Assembly (NCBI GenBank): GCA_965238075.1
Contig: OZ250173.1
Location: 1,600,001-1,664,000, forward strand
Length of the DNA: 64,000 bases
Direction of reading: 5' to 3'
From: Candidatus Entotheonellaceae bacterium
GTDB taxonomy: Bacteria > Tectomicrobia > Entotheonellia > Entotheonellales > Entotheonellaceae
Position 1 is the first letter of the stretch. Each line of letters starts with the position of its first letter. The notes beneath the pieces were generated by a model. That model had not been told where the DNA came from and did not search any database. It saw nothing but the letters and a program-made list of their open reading frames with translations. The translations under genes were made by a program, and so were the position numbers. Positions 62,069 to 64,000 of this stretch are shown here, piece after piece.

Positions 62069-62109
62069 TATTTCATCCAGGGCGCCGCGACCGGCCCCGG
62101 AGAGGCAGC

Positions 62110-63120
62110 GTGGAACCGATCATCCTGTGGCAAACGAAATGGAGCTACAGCCTGCACGTACCGCTGTACCTGTTTTTCGGCGGGTTGACGTCGGGGATAT
62201 TTCTGGCTGCCGTGGTCACGGATCTGCTGGAACGCAAGTGGCAGGGCGCTGCATTGGTGTCGAAGGTGTCATCGTATAGTGCCATCGTGACCCTCGCCCT
62301 GGCCGGATTCTTTCTCACCGTGCACCTCGGCAAGCCGGAGCGCGGCCTGGCGTTTCCCCTGTTCTTCACCAACTATGACTCTTGGATGACGCGCGGCGGC
62401 TGGATCGTCGGGGCCGGCACCCTGCTGGTGCTGCTCTACGCCGCCCTATGGTATCGCGGCGGCGCGGCTTGGGTGCGCCGCCTTGTGGGGCTCGTGGGTC
62501 TGCCGGTTCTCCTCATGCTTGCCGTCTACACCGGCTTGCTGCTCAGCAGCGGCACCTTCGTGCCGCTGTGGTCGAGCAAGTACCTGCCTTTCCTGTTCCT
62601 CAATTCCGGCGTCACCACCGGCTTGGCGGCAAGCGGCTTGGTGGGCCTCGTGGCGTTGTGGTTTCGCGGCCCACAGCCGCAGACCGTGCACAGCGTCGTG
62701 CGTTGGATCAGCATGGCCGTGGCGCTGTTCATCCTCTTGGAGTTGTTCGAGATCTACAACTTCATGACCTACCTTGCCGGCTCCGGCCAACACGCCCCCA
62801 CCGGCGAATTTGTGGCTCCCAAAGGCGGCGCGCATGCCTTCCAATACGTCACCCGCGGCGCCTTGGCCCCCTGGTTCTGGTGGGGCGTCATCGGCCTTGG
62901 CCTCACCGTCCCCCTACTCCTCACCCTTGTCGAATTCCTTCTCGACTGCCTCACCCGACCCCTCGGATGGCACAGGGTCCTGTTCACCGCCCCGAAATTC
63001 GCCCTCGTCCTCCTCGGCGGCATCCTTCTGCGCTGCGTCATCGTCTGGGGCGGCGACCTCAGCGCACCGCTTGACTTCCCGCCCTCCGTATGGCCCATCC
63101 CGCCCATTTCCGGCGGGTGA
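62110..63120 (+). CDS. NrfD/PsrC family membrane anchor
   Basis: W...PLYLFFGGL, HLGKPER, SWMTRGGW, YTGLLL..PLW, GGILLR. Confidence 0.88.
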   Translation: MEPIILWQTKWSYSLHVPLYLFFGGLTSGIFLAAVVTDLLERKWQGAALVSKVSSYSAIVTLALAGFFLTVHLGKPERGLAFPLFFTNYDSWMTRGGWIVGAGTLLVLLYAALWYRGGAAWVRRLVGLVGLPVLLMLAVYTGLLLSSGTFVPLWSSKYLPFLFLNSGVTTGLAASGLVGLVALWFRGPQPQTVHSVVRWISMAVALFILLELFEIYNFMTYLAGSGQHAPTGEFVAPKGGAHAFQYVTRGALAPWFWWGVIGLGLTVPLLLTLVEFLLDCLTRPLGWHRVLFTAPKFALVLLGGILLRCVIVWGGDLSAPLDFPPSVWPIPPISGG

Positions 63121-63179
63121 TACGGTGCTTCTCCAGCGCAGCACCGTTTTCTTCCGCAACCTGCGTGGCGCGATGGGAT

Positions 63180-63210
63180 GTCGGATGACCTTCGCCCATC
63201 CAACCCCTAC
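63180..63210 (-). repeat. GTAG REP-like palindrome overlapping the RNB gene stop
   Basis: Reverse complement GTAGGGGTTGGATGGGCGAAGGTCATCCGAC. Confidence 0.6.
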
Positions 63211-64000
63211 ACAACCTGAAAATATGCTTCCAGATCCGGCAGCGAGACGCCGCTAAGGGCGAGAGGGAGGACGGTGTTCAGGTCCGAATTGTCGCGGAGG
63301 ATGAGGACGGGTTCGAGCCCGAGGTCAGGGATGAGGACGGTCGTTCGGGGACCGCGTTTTTCGACGACAACGCCGACGCCACGCCAATCGGGGTGGGCAA
63401 GCAGGTAAACGAGCGTCCAGTGTCGGCGAGTGAGGCGTTCTGCTTGGTGACGGTTGTAGGTAACGGACTCGGCGGCGCCGACGCGCTCGAGAATCTGTTG
63501 GCTGTCCAGCAGCGGGTCGCCGCGCAAATATGCCCGTAGTTGCTGGTGCACGACCAGGTCCAGGTAGCGTCGCAGGGGACTGGTGGCGCGGACATAAGCG
63601 GCGAGGCCGAGGCCGGCGTGCGGTGCCGGTTCGCCCGTCTGCACGCTGCGCTTCAGGGTGCGCCGCAGGGCAAACATGCCCGCCAGCCCCTCAACCGCCT
63701 GGGGCGCCTCGGGCACGGCCTGGGTAGTAAACGGTAAGGGGATGTTCTGCGCCAAGGCAAACTGTGCCACGGCCTCGCCGGCCCGGAGCATTGCCTCCGC
63801 CACCAGATCCCGGCTTTTCAGGGGCGCCAGCGGCTGCAAGCTGACTTGGCCGTTTTTCACCTGAATCTTCAACTCCGGCAACTCGATGAACACCGCGTCT
63901 TGGGCACGCCGCCGGGCTTGCGACAGCTCAGCCAGACGCATCAGTTCCTTGAACGGCGATTCCTCAAGGCGAGCTTCCACTTCTCCGTAAGTCAACCGCG
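63207..64000 (-). CDS. RNB-domain ribonuclease (RNase II family), 5' part outside the window
   Basis: TYGEV, LVAEAM, PHAGLGL..Y.RATSPLRRYLDL. Confidence 0.9.
   Translation of the reverse strand, partial: RLTYGEVEARLEESPFKELMRLAELSQARRRAQDAVFIELPELKIQVKNGQVSLQPLAPLKSRDLVAEAMLRAGEAVAQFALAQNIPLPFTTQAVPEAPQAVEGLAGMFALRRTLKRSVQTGEPAPHAGLGLAAYVRATSPLRRYLDLVVHQQLRAYLRGDPLLDSQQILERVGAAESVTYNRHQAERLTRRHWTLVYLLAHPDWRGVGVVVEKRGPRTTVLIPDLGLEPVLILRDNSDLNTVLPLALSGVSLPDLEAYFQVV

Overview
High-GC bacterial chromosomal window made mostly of housekeeping and metabolic genes: tyrS, etfBA, leuS, thiL, rtcB, CIRCE-groES-groEL-degP, flavocytochrome c sulfide dehydrogenase fccAB, an orphan CbbQ/CbbO-type AAA+/VWA pair, ilvD, class I fba and fbp, folP, murD and a 9-gene formate dehydrogenase operon that ends in an NrfD-type anchor. 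Accessory DNA includes two IS630 copies (one looks intact and splits a SulP-STAS-cNMP pseudogene), IS1380 and IS3 remnants, NYN and DUF2971 pseudogenes, and nested miniature repeats (GTAG-REPs, TA-flanked MITEs, 22-24 nt hairpin inserts). The best candidate for an undescribed system is a bacillithiol-like cluster at 34.0-40.9 kb: bshA, bshB1, a large PIG-L deacetylase and a short zinc-ribbon protein with weak BshC-like motifs where a canonical BshC would be expected. The second candidate is a two-hairpin RNA with a terminator directly upstream of a NYN ribonuclease, a layout like a type III toxin-antitoxin pair. No CRISPR array, rRNA or tRNA was seen. All calls come from reading motifs by eye; no database search was run and taxonomy was not established.
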